Shown: positions 39,612 through 50,604, numbered from the stretch's first letter. The stretch is 64,000 nt of DNA from Candidatus Eiseniibacteriota bacterium (GCA_044229145.1 JBGATO010000002.1:50486-114485); one strand, 5' to 3'. Notes: a model not told the origin generated them from the sequence alone. Made by a program: numbers and translations.

Positions 39612-41513
39612 ATGCCCAACAGGATCCTGCCACGTCCCCGCGCCTTGCGCGCCGGGGGCGGCTTCCTGCTTCGCCGCGCCGCGCCGGCCGTTCTCGCGCT
39701 GGTGCTGGCCGCCGCCATGACGCTTCCCGTCCTCCAGGTGCTCCACGCTCACCGCGTCAACGGCGCGGACGGTTTCCCGCTCGACGACGCCTGGATCCAC
39801 CTGACCTACGCCCGGCAGTTGCACGACGGCCTCGGGTTCGTCTATTCGCCCGGGGACGCACCGACCGCCGGCTCGACCTCGCCGCTCTACACCTGCGTGC
39901 TCGCGTTGCTCTTCGGCCTGACACCGGATGAGAAGCGCCTCAGCTACGGCCTCGACATCGTCTGCCAGGCGATCTTCGTCGGGGCGCTCGCGCTGTGGGC
40001 ACGCGCACGCTTACGAAGCATCTGGTGGACGATCGCGGTGGTGGCCCTCGTCGCCTTCGATGCCCGCATCCTGATCTTGTCGACCTCGGGGATGGAGACA
40101 TCGCTCTTCCTCGCGCTGGTGGCGGTGGCGTTCGCGAGCGCGGCGTCCGGGCGATGGTGGGGGAGCGGCGCGGCGGTGGCGGCGGCGATCTGGACGCGGC
40201 CAGAGGGAATCCTGCTGGCAGCCGTGGTGGCAATCAGCGCAGCGGCGGGCGGGGCGGGGCGTGTCCGGCGCGTCGTCGGTGTGGCGATGCCGGCGGCCGT
40301 CGCGGCGTGCGGCTACCTGGCGTTCAACCACGCGCTCGCCGGAGAGTGGCTCCCCGGGACCTTTGCCGCCAAGCGCGCGGCGATCTATCCGCCCATTCCA
40401 CCGCAGACGTTCCTGCTGCACGACGTCCTGCCGTTTCTCGCGGATCACGGCTGGGTGGCGCTGATGCCGGCGCTGATCGCCGGGCTCGTCTGGGCGGTGG
40501 GGGCGCTGCGGTGGCATCGCCTGCCGCCGTGCGCGGCGGAGGCGCTCTGGGTGATCGGCGTGCTCGCGGCGTACGCGCTGCTCTTGCCGACCGGCCATCG
40601 TTTCGACCGCTATCTCGTCCCGGTGTTGCCAGCCGCGGCGATCGTCGCGATGGTGGCGTTGCAGCGGGTGGCGGAGGCCATCACTGCAGCGCGAGGGCGC
40701 GGCTGGCTGCAGCATGCCGCGCCGGTCGTCCCGCTGGTGTTCGTGGGCGCGGGGGCGCTCCACGCGAGCGCGCCGCCCGACGCGTCGCGTGCGTTCGCGA
40801 CGTGGTGCCAGTATCACGCGGTGCGGCACGAACGCGCGGGGCGCTGGCTTGCCGCGCACACGCCGCCCGATGCGGTGATTGCCACCCACGACGTCGGGGC
40901 GATCGCCTTCTACTCGCATCGGCGCATCGTCGACATCGCCGGGCTGGTCACGCCCGAGGTCGTCCCGCATGTGCGGCAGCCTGACTTCACCGCATACCTC
41001 GCGGGATTGTTCGCGCGGCGCCACGTGACGCACCTCGCGATGCTGCGCGAGTGGATGCAAGTGACGAACGTCGCGCCGGCGTTCGTCGCCGATCCGCGTC
41101 CGGAAATCCTCGAGATCTTTCCGTGGCGCGCGGGCGTCACGCATTTGGTGAGCCGCGAAGCGACCAGCGACGCGCTGACCGCGCAAGGTCTGCTCCGTGC
41201 CGGACGCATCGCCGACGCTGCGACAGTCGCCCAGATTGCGGTGGCACGCGACTCATTGAACGCGGACGGCTGGATCGCGTGGGGGTATGCGCTCGGTGCG
41301 ACGCGCCGGCCGGATCTCGCGGCCGACTGCTTCGCGCGCGCCCTCCGCCTGCGGCCCGGTGACCGGCTCGCGCGCGTCGGACTGGCGCGGCTGGCGATCG
41401 ATGCAGAGCGATACGAGGTTGCGCAAGCGTTGGTGGATTCCCTGCACGACGAACTGCCTGACGATCCGGACGTGAACGCGCTCGCCGAGCGCATTCCGCT
41501 CGCGCCCCGCTAG
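39612..41513 (+). CDS. GT-C-type membrane glycosyltransferase-like protein with C-terminal TPR
   Basis: LDDAWIHLTYARQL, GSTSPL, SGMETSL, TRPEG, DRYL, DVGAIAF...DIAGL; TPR-like helices at the C-terminus. Confidence 0.7.
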   Translation: MPNRILPRPRALRAGGGFLLRRAAPAVLALVLAAAMTLPVLQVLHAHRVNGADGFPLDDAWIHLTYARQLHDGLGFVYSPGDAPTAGSTSPLYTCVLALLFGLTPDEKRLSYGLDIVCQAIFVGALALWARARLRSIWWTIAVVALVAFDARILILSTSGMETSLFLALVAVAFASAASGRWWGSGAAVAAAIWTRPEGILLAAVVAISAAAGGAGRVRRVVGVAMPAAVAACGYLAFNHALAGEWLPGTFAAKRAAIYPPIPPQTFLLHDVLPFLADHGWVALMPALIAGLVWAVGALRWHRLPPCAAEALWVIGVLAAYALLLPTGHRFDRYLVPVLPAAAIVAMVALQRVAEAITAARGRGWLQHAAPVVPLVFVGAGALHASAPPDASRAFATWCQYHAVRHERAGRWLAAHTPPDAVIATHDVGAIAFYSHRRIVDIAGLVTPEVVPHVRQPDFTAYLAGLFARRHVTHLAMLREWMQVTNVAPAFVADPRPEILEIFPWRAGVTHLVSREATSDALTAQGLLRAGRIADAATVAQIAVARDSLNADGWIAWGYALGATRRPDLAADCFARALRLRPGDRLARVGLARLAIDAERYEVAQALVDSLHDELPDDPDVNALAERIPLAPR

Positions 41514-41523
41514 CGACGGCGGA

Positions 41524-42384
41524 CTACGGCACGCGCGCCGCGACCAATACCGCCGTCACCGCCAGGCGCACCGCGCCGCTCGCATCCGTTCCCTGTGCGA
41601 GCAATACGCGCGCGTCCGCTTCCACCGCGCGCTGCACCGCGTCGGGTTCCTCGCGCAGTGAGTGCCCGAGCGGTGTGCCCTCCATCGTCATGCGCCAGTA
41701 GTCGTCCACTGACGGCGCGGTGAAGAAGCCCGGGTGGAGCGTCTCGCGTGTGTCGGTGCATCCGGCCGCCTCGAGGAGAGCGGCCAACTCGCCCGGTCCG
41801 CCGAGCTCGTAGGGCGTCGGCAGGTAGCCGGTCTCGTCCGGCTCGGCGTGCGCGAGCATCGGTCCGACCACGGCGTGGAGGCCAGGGTTCCGTTCCGCCA
41901 CCGACCACACAGTGAGGCCGATGCGTCCGCCGGGCTTCACCACGCGCACCAATTCGCGTGCTGCGGCCTCCGGGTCGGTGATGATCTGGAAGCCGAAGCG
42001 GGAGAGCGCGACATCGAAAGTGGCGTCGGCGAAGCTGAGGGCCTCGGCGTCCTCGACGAGGAAGCGGGCGCGCCCGAGGCCGCGTTCGGCGGCACGGCGC
42101 GCGGCGATGGCGATCATCGCGGGCGACAAGTCGACGCCGGTCACGGAACCGCGACACGTGGTGGCGCGCTCCATGCTCTCGGCGATGTGGAGCGCCGGTT
42201 CGCCGGGTCCGGTGGCGAGATCGAGGACGTGATCGTCGAGCGAGACGTCGCAAAACGCCAGCAAGGCGTGGCCGAACGGGGCGAGTTGTCGCGCGAATCC
42301 GGTTTCGTAGAACGGAGCGGCTTCGTCCCATGTGTCGCGCGTGTAGTTCTTGTAATAGTCGTCGCTGTAGGTCCAGCCGCCCAT
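41524..42384 (-). CDS. Class I SAM-dependent methyltransferase
   Basis: VLDLATGPG, GVDLSPAM, DAEAL...FD, VKPGGR. Confidence 0.9.
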   Translation of the reverse strand: MGGWTYSDDYYKNYTRDTWDEAAPFYETGFARQLAPFGHALLAFCDVSLDDHVLDLATGPGEPALHIAESMERATTCRGSVTGVDLSPAMIAIAARRAAERGLGRARFLVEDAEALSFADATFDVALSRFGFQIITDPEAAARELVRVVKPGGRIGLTVWSVAERNPGLHAVVGPMLAHAEPDETGYLPTPYELGGPGELAALLEAAGCTDTRETLHPGFFTAPSVDDYWRMTMEGTPLGHSLREEPDAVQRAVEADARVLLAQGTDASGAVRLAVTAVLVAARVP

Positions 42385-42400
42385 GGATCCCTCCTGCGCG

Positions 42401-43912
42401 TTACTCGGTGAGCAGAATGGTGCCCGTGGCGCGGGCGCCCTGTGACTCGACGTCGAGCCGGTACACGCCGTGCGGCAGGCGCCGCCCGGTGGAATCGTGC
42501 CCATCCCAACTCACGGTGCGTTCGCCGCGTGCGCCGTCGACGTGCCACCGCCGCACCACGCGTCCCCGCACGTCGCTGAGCAGCAGGCGCGTGGCGCCGG
42601 CGTCGGCTTGCGCCCAGCACAGCCGCGCCCGGCTCGACGTCGTCCCGCGCACCTGCAGGGACGATTCCGACGCCGGCGGAGGCGCCACGGCCGTGACGGT
42701 CGGCTCGAGTCGCCACACCGCGTTGCTGGTGAGATCGACGATGTGCAGGATGCCGTCGGGATCGAGATCGAAATCGGTCACCGCGCCGAATCCCTGGCCC
42801 CAGGTCAGTGAGGCAACCTCGCTCGTGTTGTTGTCCGCGACGCGATCGGCGAGCAGCGGATCGCTCAGCACGAACGAATCGCGCGACGCCGCCATCGGGA
42901 ACAGGTACAGCCTGCCGAAGTTGTTGTCGCCGACGATGCACTGATCTTGCAGCGCCGGACCGTAGTGCGGCGTGTGCAGGAAGAGGATCGCGCACGGCGT
43001 CACCACCTGCGCCCACGAGAACTCCGGATCGCTGTACGCGGCGCCGGGCGCCATCCAGAGATCCGCGACGCCCTTCGGCGAGCGCGCGTCGGGCCCGACG
43101 ATCTGTTCCCAGCCGCCGTTCATGCCCGGCGTGATGCGATTGATCTCGTCGTAACTGGTGGGCCCCGGCTCGGTGTTCCACAGTGTGCCGGTGAGCGGAT
43201 CGAAGGTCATGCCGAAGCAGTTGCGCAGGCCGTACGAGTACACCAGCTCCATGCGTGTCACGCCGGCGAACGGATTGTCGGCGGGCGCGCTGCCATCGTC
43301 GTTCATGCGCATGACGACGCCGGTGGTGTCCGGCGCCGGTCCGGCCGGATAGTTCTGCAACTTGCCGTTGCGATTGAGTTCGCCGATCACCGCGTAGAGT
43401 TTGCCATCGGGACCGAACTGCAGGATACCGCCGTCGTGATTCGGGCCCGGCGTGACCTCGAGCCGCTGGATGATGGTCGGCGTCGTGAGCGCGCTGCCCG
43501 TCCACGTATAGCGCACGATGCGATTGTCGAGCGCCTGCGTCGAGTTGCTGGTGTCGTTGAGCGTCGAGCTCTGCGTGAAGTAGACGTAGACCCACGGCGT
43601 CGCCGGGAACTGCGGGTGCAAGGCGATGCCGAGCAGGCCGCGCTCGCTCGCCGAGTTGACGGCGACATCGAGCACCGGCGCCGGCTGCAAGACGCCGCCG
43701 ATGACGCGCTGCACGCGGCCGGTGGTCTTCTCGCACACCAAGAAATCGCCGCGATCGAGGAACACCATGGTGGTCGGCGAGTTGAGGCCAGTGACCACCG
43801 CGGTGACCTTGAGCGTGGTGTCCGCCATCGTCGGCGCCGCCAGGGCAGGCCGCGCGCAGGCGACGACGAGCAGCGTGAGGGCACGACCGAGCATTCGCAT
43901 GGGAGGGCGCAT
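42401..43912 (-). CDS. Secreted PQQ-dependent sugar dehydrogenase (GSDH) with C-terminal FlgD-Ig-like domain
   Basis: SERGLLGIALHP, NHDGG, FGPDGKLY, YGLRNCFG, DEIN; C-terminus DVRGRVVR...WDGHD...GVYRL. Confidence 0.88.
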   Translation of the reverse strand: MRPPMRMLGRALTLLVVACARPALAAPTMADTTLKVTAVVTGLNSPTTMVFLDRGDFLVCEKTTGRVQRVIGGVLQPAPVLDVAVNSASERGLLGIALHPQFPATPWVYVYFTQSSTLNDTSNSTQALDNRIVRYTWTGSALTTPTIIQRLEVTPGPNHDGGILQFGPDGKLYAVIGELNRNGKLQNYPAGPAPDTTGVVMRMNDDGSAPADNPFAGVTRMELVYSYGLRNCFGMTFDPLTGTLWNTEPGPTSYDEINRITPGMNGGWEQIVGPDARSPKGVADLWMAPGAAYSDPEFSWAQVVTPCAILFLHTPHYGPALQDQCIVGDNNFGRLYLFPMAASRDSFVLSDPLLADRVADNNTSEVASLTWGQGFGAVTDFDLDPDGILHIVDLTSNAVWRLEPTVTAVAPPPASESSLQVRGTTSSRARLCWAQADAGATRLLLSDVRGRVVRRWHVDGARGERTVSWDGHDSTGRRLPHGVYRLDVESQGARATGTILLTE

Positions 43913-44108
43913 CCTTTCCGAGAGGGTGTGCTGAGTGTGCCACAGGCCGCGGGCGCACACTAGTCGCGGGCCAGCCGATGGCCGGACGCTCAGGAAAACC
44001 CCGCAGGCGTGGCGTCGTTCCGCTCGACCGGCGGCGGGTCATCGCCGATACTCCGGCCGCGCCGCCGCGCAGGCAACTTCCGGCTCCCACTCACCTTGCG
44101 AGGATGTC

Positions 44109-46073
44109 ATGGCCCGCACGTCGTCCCGTCGTCCCGCCGTCCACGGTCTCGACGACCTGCTGCACGAGAATCGCGTCTTCAAGCCGTCCGCCGCCTTCCG
44201 CCGCGCCGCGCACGCGAATGACGCCGCGATCTACGACCGCGCGGCCCGCAATCCCGAGCGGTTTTGGGCCGGCTGGGCGAAGCAGCTCGTGTGGACGAAG
44301 CCGTGGACGACCGTGTGTCAGTGGAAGCCGCCGCACGCGCGCTGGTTCGTCGGTGGGCATCTCAATGCGAGCGTCAACTGCCTCGATCGCCATCTGTCGA
44401 CCGCGACGCGCAACAAGGCGGCGATCCTGTGGGAAGGCGAGCCCGGCGAGGAGCGCACGCTGACCTACGCGCAGCTGCATCGCGAGGTCTGCAAGTTCGC
44501 CAACGTGCTCAAGTCGCTTGGGGTGAAGAAGGGCGATCGCGTGACGCTCTACATGCCGATGGTGCCCGAGTTGCCGGTGGCGATGCTGGCGTGCGCGCGC
44601 ATCGGCGCGCCGCACAGCGTGGTGTTCGGCGGCTTCTCGCACGAGTCGTTGCGCGATCGCATCAACGATGCGCAATCAGCCGTGGTGGTGACCGCGGACG
44701 GCGGATTCCGGCGCGGCAGCGAAGTGCCGCTCAAGCGCATCGTCGACGAGGCGGTCCGCGAGACCCCGTGCGTGCGGCACGTCGTCGTCGTCAAGCGCGG
44801 CGCGTTCGTGGTGCACATGCAGGAAGGCCGCGATCACTGGTGGCATCGCCTGATGCAGGATGCCGCGGCGGAGTGCGCGCCGGCGGCGATGTCCTCCACC
44901 GATCCGCTGTTCATGCTCTACACGTCGGGCACCACCGGCAAGCCGAAGGGCATCGTGCATGGCACCGGCGGGTACCTCACCGGTGTCTACGCGACGACGA
45001 AATGGGTGTTCGATCTCAAACCGGAAGACGTCTACTGGTGCACCGCCGATATCGGCTGGATCACCGGCCATTCGTACGTCGTCTACGGCCCGCTGATGAA
45101 CGGCGCCACGGTGCTGATGTACGAAGGCGCGCCGGACTGGCCGGACCGCGGCCGCTTCTGGGAACTGATCGCCAAATACGGCGTGACGATCTTCTACACC
45201 GCGCCGACCGCGATCCGCGCCTTCATGCGGTGGGGCGAGGAATGGCCGCGCCGTCATGCGTTGTCATCGCTGCGATTGCTCGGAAGCGTCGGCGAGCCGA
45301 TCAACCCCGAAGCGTGGATGTGGTATCACGACGTCATCGGCGGCAAGCGCTGTCCGGTGGTCGACACCTGGTGGCAGACCGAAACCGGCCACATCATGAT
45401 CGCGCCGTTGCCGGGTCTCACGCCCACCAAGCCAGGCTCGGCGACGCGTCCGTTCCCCGGCATCCACGCCGAAGTGTTGAGCGACGAAGGCACGCGTCTC
45501 GCGCATGGCGGCGGTTACCTCGCGATCACCAAGCCGTGGCCCGGCATGCTGCAGACGATCCACGGCGACGACAAGCGCTACGTGCAGACGTACTGGTCGC
45601 GCTGGAACAAGGCGACGTACTTCCCCGGCGACGGCGTGAAGAAGGACAAGCAGGGGAACTTCTGGCTGCTCGGCCGCGTCGACGATGTGCTCAACGTCGC
45701 CGGTCACCGCATCGGCACCATGGAAGTCGAGAGCGCGCTCGTCGATCACCACGCGGTGGCAGAGGCCGCGGCGGTGGGGAAGTCGCACGACCTCAAGGGA
45801 CAGGCGCTGGCGGTGTTCGTCACGGTGAAAGAGGGCGTGGCGACGGGCCCGGCGCTCGCCGATGCGTTGAAGGCGCACGTCGCCAAGAAGATCGGCGCGC
45901 TGGCGCGTCCCGACGACGTGCTGTTCACCGCGGAGCTGCCGAAGACGCGCAGCGGGAAGATCATGCGCCGGCTGCTCAAGGACATTGCCGAGGGCCGCGC
46001 GCTCGGCGACACCACGACGCTTGCCGACCCCAACGTGGTGGCAGAACTCAAGCGGCATTACGAGGAAGACTAG
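44109..46073 (+). CDS. acs: Acetyl-CoA synthetase
   Basis: [46 protein letters not shown]. Confidence 0.97.
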   Translation: MARTSSRRPAVHGLDDLLHENRVFKPSAAFRRAAHANDAAIYDRAARNPERFWAGWAKQLVWTKPWTTVCQWKPPHARWFVGGHLNASVNCLDRHLSTATRNKAAILWEGEPGEERTLTYAQLHREVCKFANVLKSLGVKKGDRVTLYMPMVPELPVAMLACARIGAPHSVVFGGFSHESLRDRINDAQSAVVVTADGGFRRGSEVPLKRIVDEAVRETPCVRHVVVVKRGAFVVHMQEGRDHWWHRLMQDAAAECAPAAMSSTDPLFMLYTSGTTGKPKGIVHGTGGYLTGVYATTKWVFDLKPEDVYWCTADIGWITGHSYVVYGPLMNGATVLMYEGAPDWPDRGRFWELIAKYGVTIFYTAPTAIRAFMRWGEEWPRRHALSSLRLLGSVGEPINPEAWMWYHDVIGGKRCPVVDTWWQTETGHIMIAPLPGLTPTKPGSATRPFPGIHAEVLSDEGTRLAHGGGYLAITKPWPGMLQTIHGDDKRYVQTYWSRWNKATYFPGDGVKKDKQGNFWLLGRVDDVLNVAGHRIGTMEVESALVDHHAVAEAAAVGKSHDLKGQALAVFVTVKEGVATGPALADALKAHVAKKIGALARPDDVLFTAELPKTRSGKIMRRLLKDIAEGRALGDTTTLADPNVVAELKRHYEED

Positions 46074-46091
46074 CCGCGCCGCGAAAGACAA

Positions 46092-46127
46092 AACGGGCCG
46101 GAGCGCCGTGTGGCACTCCGGCCCGTT
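46092..46127. terminator. Hairpin terminator between convergent acs and secretin genes
   Basis: AACGGGCCGGAG ... CTCCGGCCCGTT; U-rich tail on the minus strand. Confidence 0.7.
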
Positions 46128-46143
46128 CGCGAGTCGCGCGGTT

Positions 46144-47202
46144 CTACTTCTGGTCGCCCTGCATCGATCCATCCACCGTCGCCGCCATGTCGACGACGTG
46201 CGGCGTCAACACGAGATACGTCTTCCACGACGAATGCGACTTCGAACGGTGACTGAACAGGAATGGCAGGATGTGCCCGAGGCCGGGCACGCTGACCTCG
46301 CTCTTGCTGTCGCTGGTGCGATCGAATCCGCCGAGGAGCACCGGCTGGCCATCACGCGTGACGACCTCGTTCTCGATCATCTGGCCGACCTTGCTGAGGC
46401 CCCCGCCCTGGAGCGAGCTGAGAGCGCACATCTCCGCGCGAACCGCGAGCCGGAGCGTGCCGCCCGCACCGAGTGACGGCAGCACGCTCAGCGTGACACC
46501 GGCGTCGAGCGAGTCGGTCTGGAACAACGAATTGTACGAGGCGAAGCGCGCCAAATAGACGACACGCGCACCGTCGAGAATCGTCGCGCGGCGGTTGTTG
46601 AGCGTGACCACGCGCGGCACCGTGCGGGTGTGCGCCCAGCCTTTGGATTCCGCGAGGCGGATCGACGCGCCCCATCCCAGATCGGCATCGAACCCAAGCA
46701 GCTTACGCGTCGTCGTTTGCTTCGGTGTCTTGTTGGATCCGGTGGATGCGTCCCACTGCGACCGAGTGAAGTAGTCGGCTTGCGATGTGACCGACCCAAG
46801 GGACGTGTTCCACAGGAGACCGCCGGCGCGCGCCTTGTCCTCGTCGATCTGCACGATCTGCGCATCGAGCACGATCTGGTGCGGCGCGACATCGGCGGCA
46901 CGCGCGAGGTCCTGGATGGCTTGCACGTCGGCCGCGTCGCCCTGGACGACGAGCAGATTCGCGGTGTCCTGCACGAGGACGCGCACATCGTGGCCGGGGG
47001 CCATCGAGGCGACGAAGCCAGTGCCGTCGGTGCGGGCGCCGAGGAACTGCAACAGCTCGCGTGGAGGCACGTACGACGGAGTGATCGACGCCACGGTCGC
47101 ACCGGCCACGCTGGCCAGGGCAATCGCGACGAGTACACCGGCGCTTCCCACCACACGCCGAGCCGCGCGTGCGGTGTGGAACCTGCGAAGGTCAAGAATC
47201 AT
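46144..47202 (-). CDS. Minimal secretin-family outer-membrane protein (one N3-like domain plus secretin core)
   Basis: NLLVVQG...DVAPHQIVLDAQIVQI, PRVVTLNNRRATI, AGVTLSVLP, DGQPVLLGG, VPGLGHILPFLF, LVLTPHVV. Confidence 0.8.
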   Translation of the reverse strand: MILDLRRFHTARAARRVVGSAGVLVAIALASVAGATVASITPSYVPPRELLQFLGARTDGTGFVASMAPGHDVRVLVQDTANLLVVQGDAADVQAIQDLARAADVAPHQIVLDAQIVQIDEDKARAGGLLWNTSLGSVTSQADYFTRSQWDASTGSNKTPKQTTTRKLLGFDADLGWGASIRLAESKGWAHTRTVPRVVTLNNRRATILDGARVVYLARFASYNSLFQTDSLDAGVTLSVLPSLGAGGTLRLAVRAEMCALSSLQGGGLSKVGQMIENEVVTRDGQPVLLGGFDRTSDSKSEVSVPGLGHILPFLFSHRSKSHSSWKTYLVLTPHVVDMAATVDGSMQGDQK

Positions 47203-47407
47203 CTGAGCAACTCTCCTGTGAGGACGTCACGGAAGTGCGCCTGCTGCGGGCCGAGAACCGACGGCGCGAGGGATGGTGCCGACTGTCAACACAGTCTAGG
47301 ACGCTTCGTAGTTCCTGCAAATTGATAAGTGTCACATGCGCCATGTGGCGTATGGAAACGGTTACGGCGATTTGCCCCCGCGCGGGCGGGCGGGTATCCT
47401 GCGCGGC

Positions 47408-48445
47408 ATGACCATGACGAACGATTCGGCCGCCGCCGTGCACGTGCGCGGCCTGACGCGGAGTTTCCAAAGCGGCAAGCGCGGCGCGCGCCGAGAGACG
47501 CAAGCGTTGCGCGGCATCGACCTGACGATCCCGCGCGGCCACTTGTACGGCGTGCTCGGCCCCAATGGCGCCGGCAAGACGACGCTGATGAAAATCCTCA
47601 CGACCTTGCTGGCGCCGACCAGCGGCGAGGTGCATGTCGCCGGCTTCGATGCGGTGCGGCAGGCGCGTGACGTGCGCCGCCGCATCGGACTGGTGTCTGG
47701 TGGCGACAACGCGGGCTACGGCATCCTCACCGTGCGCGAGACGCTGTGGATGTTCTCCCAGTTCTATGGCGTGCCGACGCGTGTGGCCCGCGAACGCGGC
47801 GAAGTGTTGCTCGACGCGCTCGGCCTGCGCGAGAAAGCCGACGAGCGCGTCAATCGCCTATCGACCGGTTACAAGCAGCGTCTCAACTTCGCGCGCGGCT
47901 TCATCAGCGAGCCCGAGATCGTCTTCTTGGACGAACCGACGCTGGGGCTCGACGTTGCATCCGCACGTCAGATTCGTCAGTTCTTGCGCGGCTGGATGGC
48001 AGCCCATGCGGATCGCACCATCGTTCTCACCACGCACTACATGGCCGAGGCCGACGAACTGTGCGAGACGATCTCGATCATCGACCACGGGCGCATTCTC
48101 GAAACCGATTCGCCGCTCGGGCTCCGCACGCGCGTGCATGCGCAGCGCACGGTGACGCTCGAGTGCGACGCGGCCGACGACGTGCACGCCGTGCTCGCGT
48201 CGACGCCCGGCCTCGACGTGCAACGCGTCTCGGCGCCGAATGAGCGCGGCACGGTGACCGCGCAGCTCGCGGTGCGCGAGAACGCCGCCGTCGGCGCGGT
48301 GCTCGAACGCCTGACGCACGCCGGCCGCACCGTGCACAACGTCACCACGCGCGATCCGTCGCTCGAAGACGTCTTCGTGGCGATCGTCGGCCGCGAGATG
48401 GACGCCGAGGGCAACGTGGTGGGCGACGAGGACGACGCGCGATGA
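47408..48445 (+). CDS. ABC transporter ATP-binding protein (ABC-2/DrrA-like)
   Basis: GPNGAGKTT, LSTG, FLDEPTLGLD, TTHYM. Confidence 0.93.
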   Translation: MTMTNDSAAAVHVRGLTRSFQSGKRGARRETQALRGIDLTIPRGHLYGVLGPNGAGKTTLMKILTTLLAPTSGEVHVAGFDAVRQARDVRRRIGLVSGGDNAGYGILTVRETLWMFSQFYGVPTRVARERGEVLLDALGLREKADERVNRLSTGYKQRLNFARGFISEPEIVFLDEPTLGLDVASARQIRQFLRGWMAAHADRTIVLTTHYMAEADELCETISIIDHGRILETDSPLGLRTRVHAQRTVTLECDAADDVHAVLASTPGLDVQRVSAPNERGTVTAQLAVRENAAVGAVLERLTHAGRTVHNVTTRDPSLEDVFVAIVGREMDAEGNVVGDEDDAR

Positions 48446-49263
48446 ACTGGGAACCGTTCGTCACCAACTGGCGCGCCGCATGGGCGCGCGCCTACGTCCG
48501 CACCTTCGCCGCCTCGCGCGAGCCGTCGTGGCTGATCGGCGAAGTGCTGTTCCCGGTCATCGGCATGTTCGCGTACGTCTACATCTACCGCGCGCTCGGC
48601 GCGCCGCGCGCCTATGAATCGTTCGCGGTCATCGGCGGCGTGATGATGGCGTATTGGGTCGCGGTGTTGTGGTCGATGGGCGCGCAGTTCCACTGGGAAA
48701 AGCAGGGCGGGCAACTCGAACTCTACATGGTGGCGCCCTGCTCGCGCATGGCGATCCTCACCGGCATGGCGATCGGCGGGCTCGCGATGACCTCGGTGCG
48801 CGCGGTGGCGTCCGGCGTCATCGGTCTGTGGGTGTTCCACGTGCCGTTCCATCCCGCGCAGCCGCTCGCGCTGGCCGCGGTGTTTCTGCTCGCGCTGTGC
48901 AGTCTCTACGCGCTCGGCATGTGCCTCGCCTCGCTGTTCCTTCTGTATGGGCGCGAGATTTGGCAGCTGTCGCATGCGTTGCAGGAGCCGGTGTTTCTCG
49001 CCAGCGGGATGTATTTCCCGCTCAAGGCGCTCGGCCCGTGGGCGGTCGCCGGCGTATCGGCGTTGCCGCTGGCGCTCGGGCTCGACGCCATGCGCCAACT
49101 GCTCTTCGCGCCGGAGATCGCGCAGGGTCTCTTCCCGCTCCGCACCGAAATCGCGGCGCTCGCGGTGTCGTGCGTCGTCTTCCTGATCGCGGCGACGTGG
49201 CTGATGGCGGCGATGGAACGCATCGCCAAGCGCAACGGCACGCTCGTGCTGCGGCACCAATAG
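48442..49263 (+). CDS. ABC-2 type permease
   Basis: About 6 TM segments; WEKQGGQLE, SGMYFP. Confidence 0.88.
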   Translation: MNWEPFVTNWRAAWARAYVRTFAASREPSWLIGEVLFPVIGMFAYVYIYRALGAPRAYESFAVIGGVMMAYWVAVLWSMGAQFHWEKQGGQLELYMVAPCSRMAILTGMAIGGLAMTSVRAVASGVIGLWVFHVPFHPAQPLALAAVFLLALCSLYALGMCLASLFLLYGREIWQLSHALQEPVFLASGMYFPLKALGPWAVAGVSALPLALGLDAMRQLLFAPEIAQGLFPLRTEIAALAVSCVVFLIAATWLMAAMERIAKRNGTLVLRHQ

Positions 49264-49271
49264 GAGACGCG

Positions 49272-50126
49272 ATGGCCCGCTCGCTCCATCATCGCTGGCG
49301 CACCTTCCGCGCCGCCGCGTGGCTCGGCTACCAGATCGAGGCGAACTGGACGCGCCCCGACATCTTTCTGGTCTTCGCGCTCGCCAAGCCGCTCGCCACC
49401 GCGCTCATCCTGCTCGTGATGTACCGCGTGGTATCGGGCGGCCAGGCGTCCGACGCGCGTTTCGTCGCGCTGTACGTCGGCAACGCGTTCTTCATCTTCG
49501 TGCCGCTGCTCTTGGTCGGCCTCTCGTGGGCGGTGTTCGAGGACCGCGAGCAGTATCAGATGCTGAAGTATGTGGTGACATCACCCGCTGGATTGCTGAC
49601 CTACCTGCTCGGCCGCGCGGTGACCAAGGCGACGATGGCACTGGCCTCGGCCGCCGTCGTACTGGGCTTCGGCGCGATGGTGCTCCACATGCAGTTCGTG
49701 TGGACACTGCCGCATCTCGTGGCGCTGGTGGCGAGTCTCGCGTGCGGCATCGTCGCGGTGGTCGGCATCGGCATGATGCTGACCGGTGCGTCGCTGGTGT
49801 TCGCGCGCCAGGCGATGACGATCAACGAAGGGGCGGCAGGCGTGCTGTATCTGTTCTGCGGCGCCGTCTTCCCGATCGACCTCTTGCCGCTGCCGCTGCG
49901 GGCGATCGGCCTGTCGTTGCCCCTGACCTATTGGCTGGAGGCGTGCCGGCGTGCGCTCGTCGGCCATTCGCCGTCGGGGATGCTGCATGCGTGGAGCAAC
50001 GGCCAACTCGCGCTCGCGCTTGCCGGCACGACGGCGGTGTGGCTCGCGGCCGGCGTCGCGCTCTACTCGGCGCTCTTGCGCGCCGCGCAGCGCGACGGCA
50101 AGTTGGACCAAACGACGGCGTGGTGA
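49272..50126 (+). CDS. ABC-2 type permease
   Basis: About 6 TM segments; EDREQYQML, GAVFPIDLLP, LPLTYWLE. Confidence 0.88.
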   Translation: MARSLHHRWRTFRAAAWLGYQIEANWTRPDIFLVFALAKPLATALILLVMYRVVSGGQASDARFVALYVGNAFFIFVPLLLVGLSWAVFEDREQYQMLKYVVTSPAGLLTYLLGRAVTKATMALASAAVVLGFGAMVLHMQFVWTLPHLVALVASLACGIVAVVGIGMMLTGASLVFARQAMTINEGAAGVLYLFCGAVFPIDLLPLPLRAIGLSLPLTYWLEACRRALVGHSPSGMLHAWSNGQLALALAGTTAVWLAAGVALYSALLRAAQRDGKLDQTTAW

Positions 50127-50169
50127 GCGCCGGAACGCCCACCACGCACGTATCATCGCACCTGGGTGC

Positions 50170-50604
50170 CTAGACGTCCGACGTGCAGAACCCGCAGCGC
50201 GTCGCCTTCACCGGAATCGCCGAACAACAGCGCGGACAGTCCTTCGTCGGCGGCGCCGGCGGCGCAGGTTCCGGCGCCGGCATCAACCGATTCACCTGCT
50301 TGACGACGAAGAAGATCACCAGCGCGATCAGCAAGAAGTCGATGATGGTGTTGATGAAGACGCCGTACTTGATGAGCGGCGCGCCCGCCTTCTGCGCCGC
50401 GTCGAGCGACTCGTACGCCGTTCCCGACAAGTTGATGTAGAGGTTCTTGAAGTCGACCTTGCCGAGCACGAGGCCGATCGGCGGCATCAGCACGTCGTCC
50501 GTGAGCGAGGACACGATCTTGCCAAACGCGCCGCCGATGATGACACCGATGGCGAGGTCCAGCACGTTGCCCCGCATGATGAACGCCTTGAATTCCTTCA
50601 TCAT
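50170..50604 (-). CDS. mscL: Large-conductance mechanosensitive channel with C-terminal Cys motif
   Basis: [41 protein letters not shown]; tail CPRC...CGFC. Confidence 0.95.
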   Translation of the reverse strand: MMKEFKAFIMRGNVLDLAIGVIIGGAFGKIVSSLTDDVLMPPIGLVLGKVDFKNLYINLSGTAYESLDAAQKAGAPLIKYGVFINTIIDFLLIALVIFFVVKQVNRLMPAPEPAPPAPPTKDCPRCCSAIPVKATRCGFCTSDV

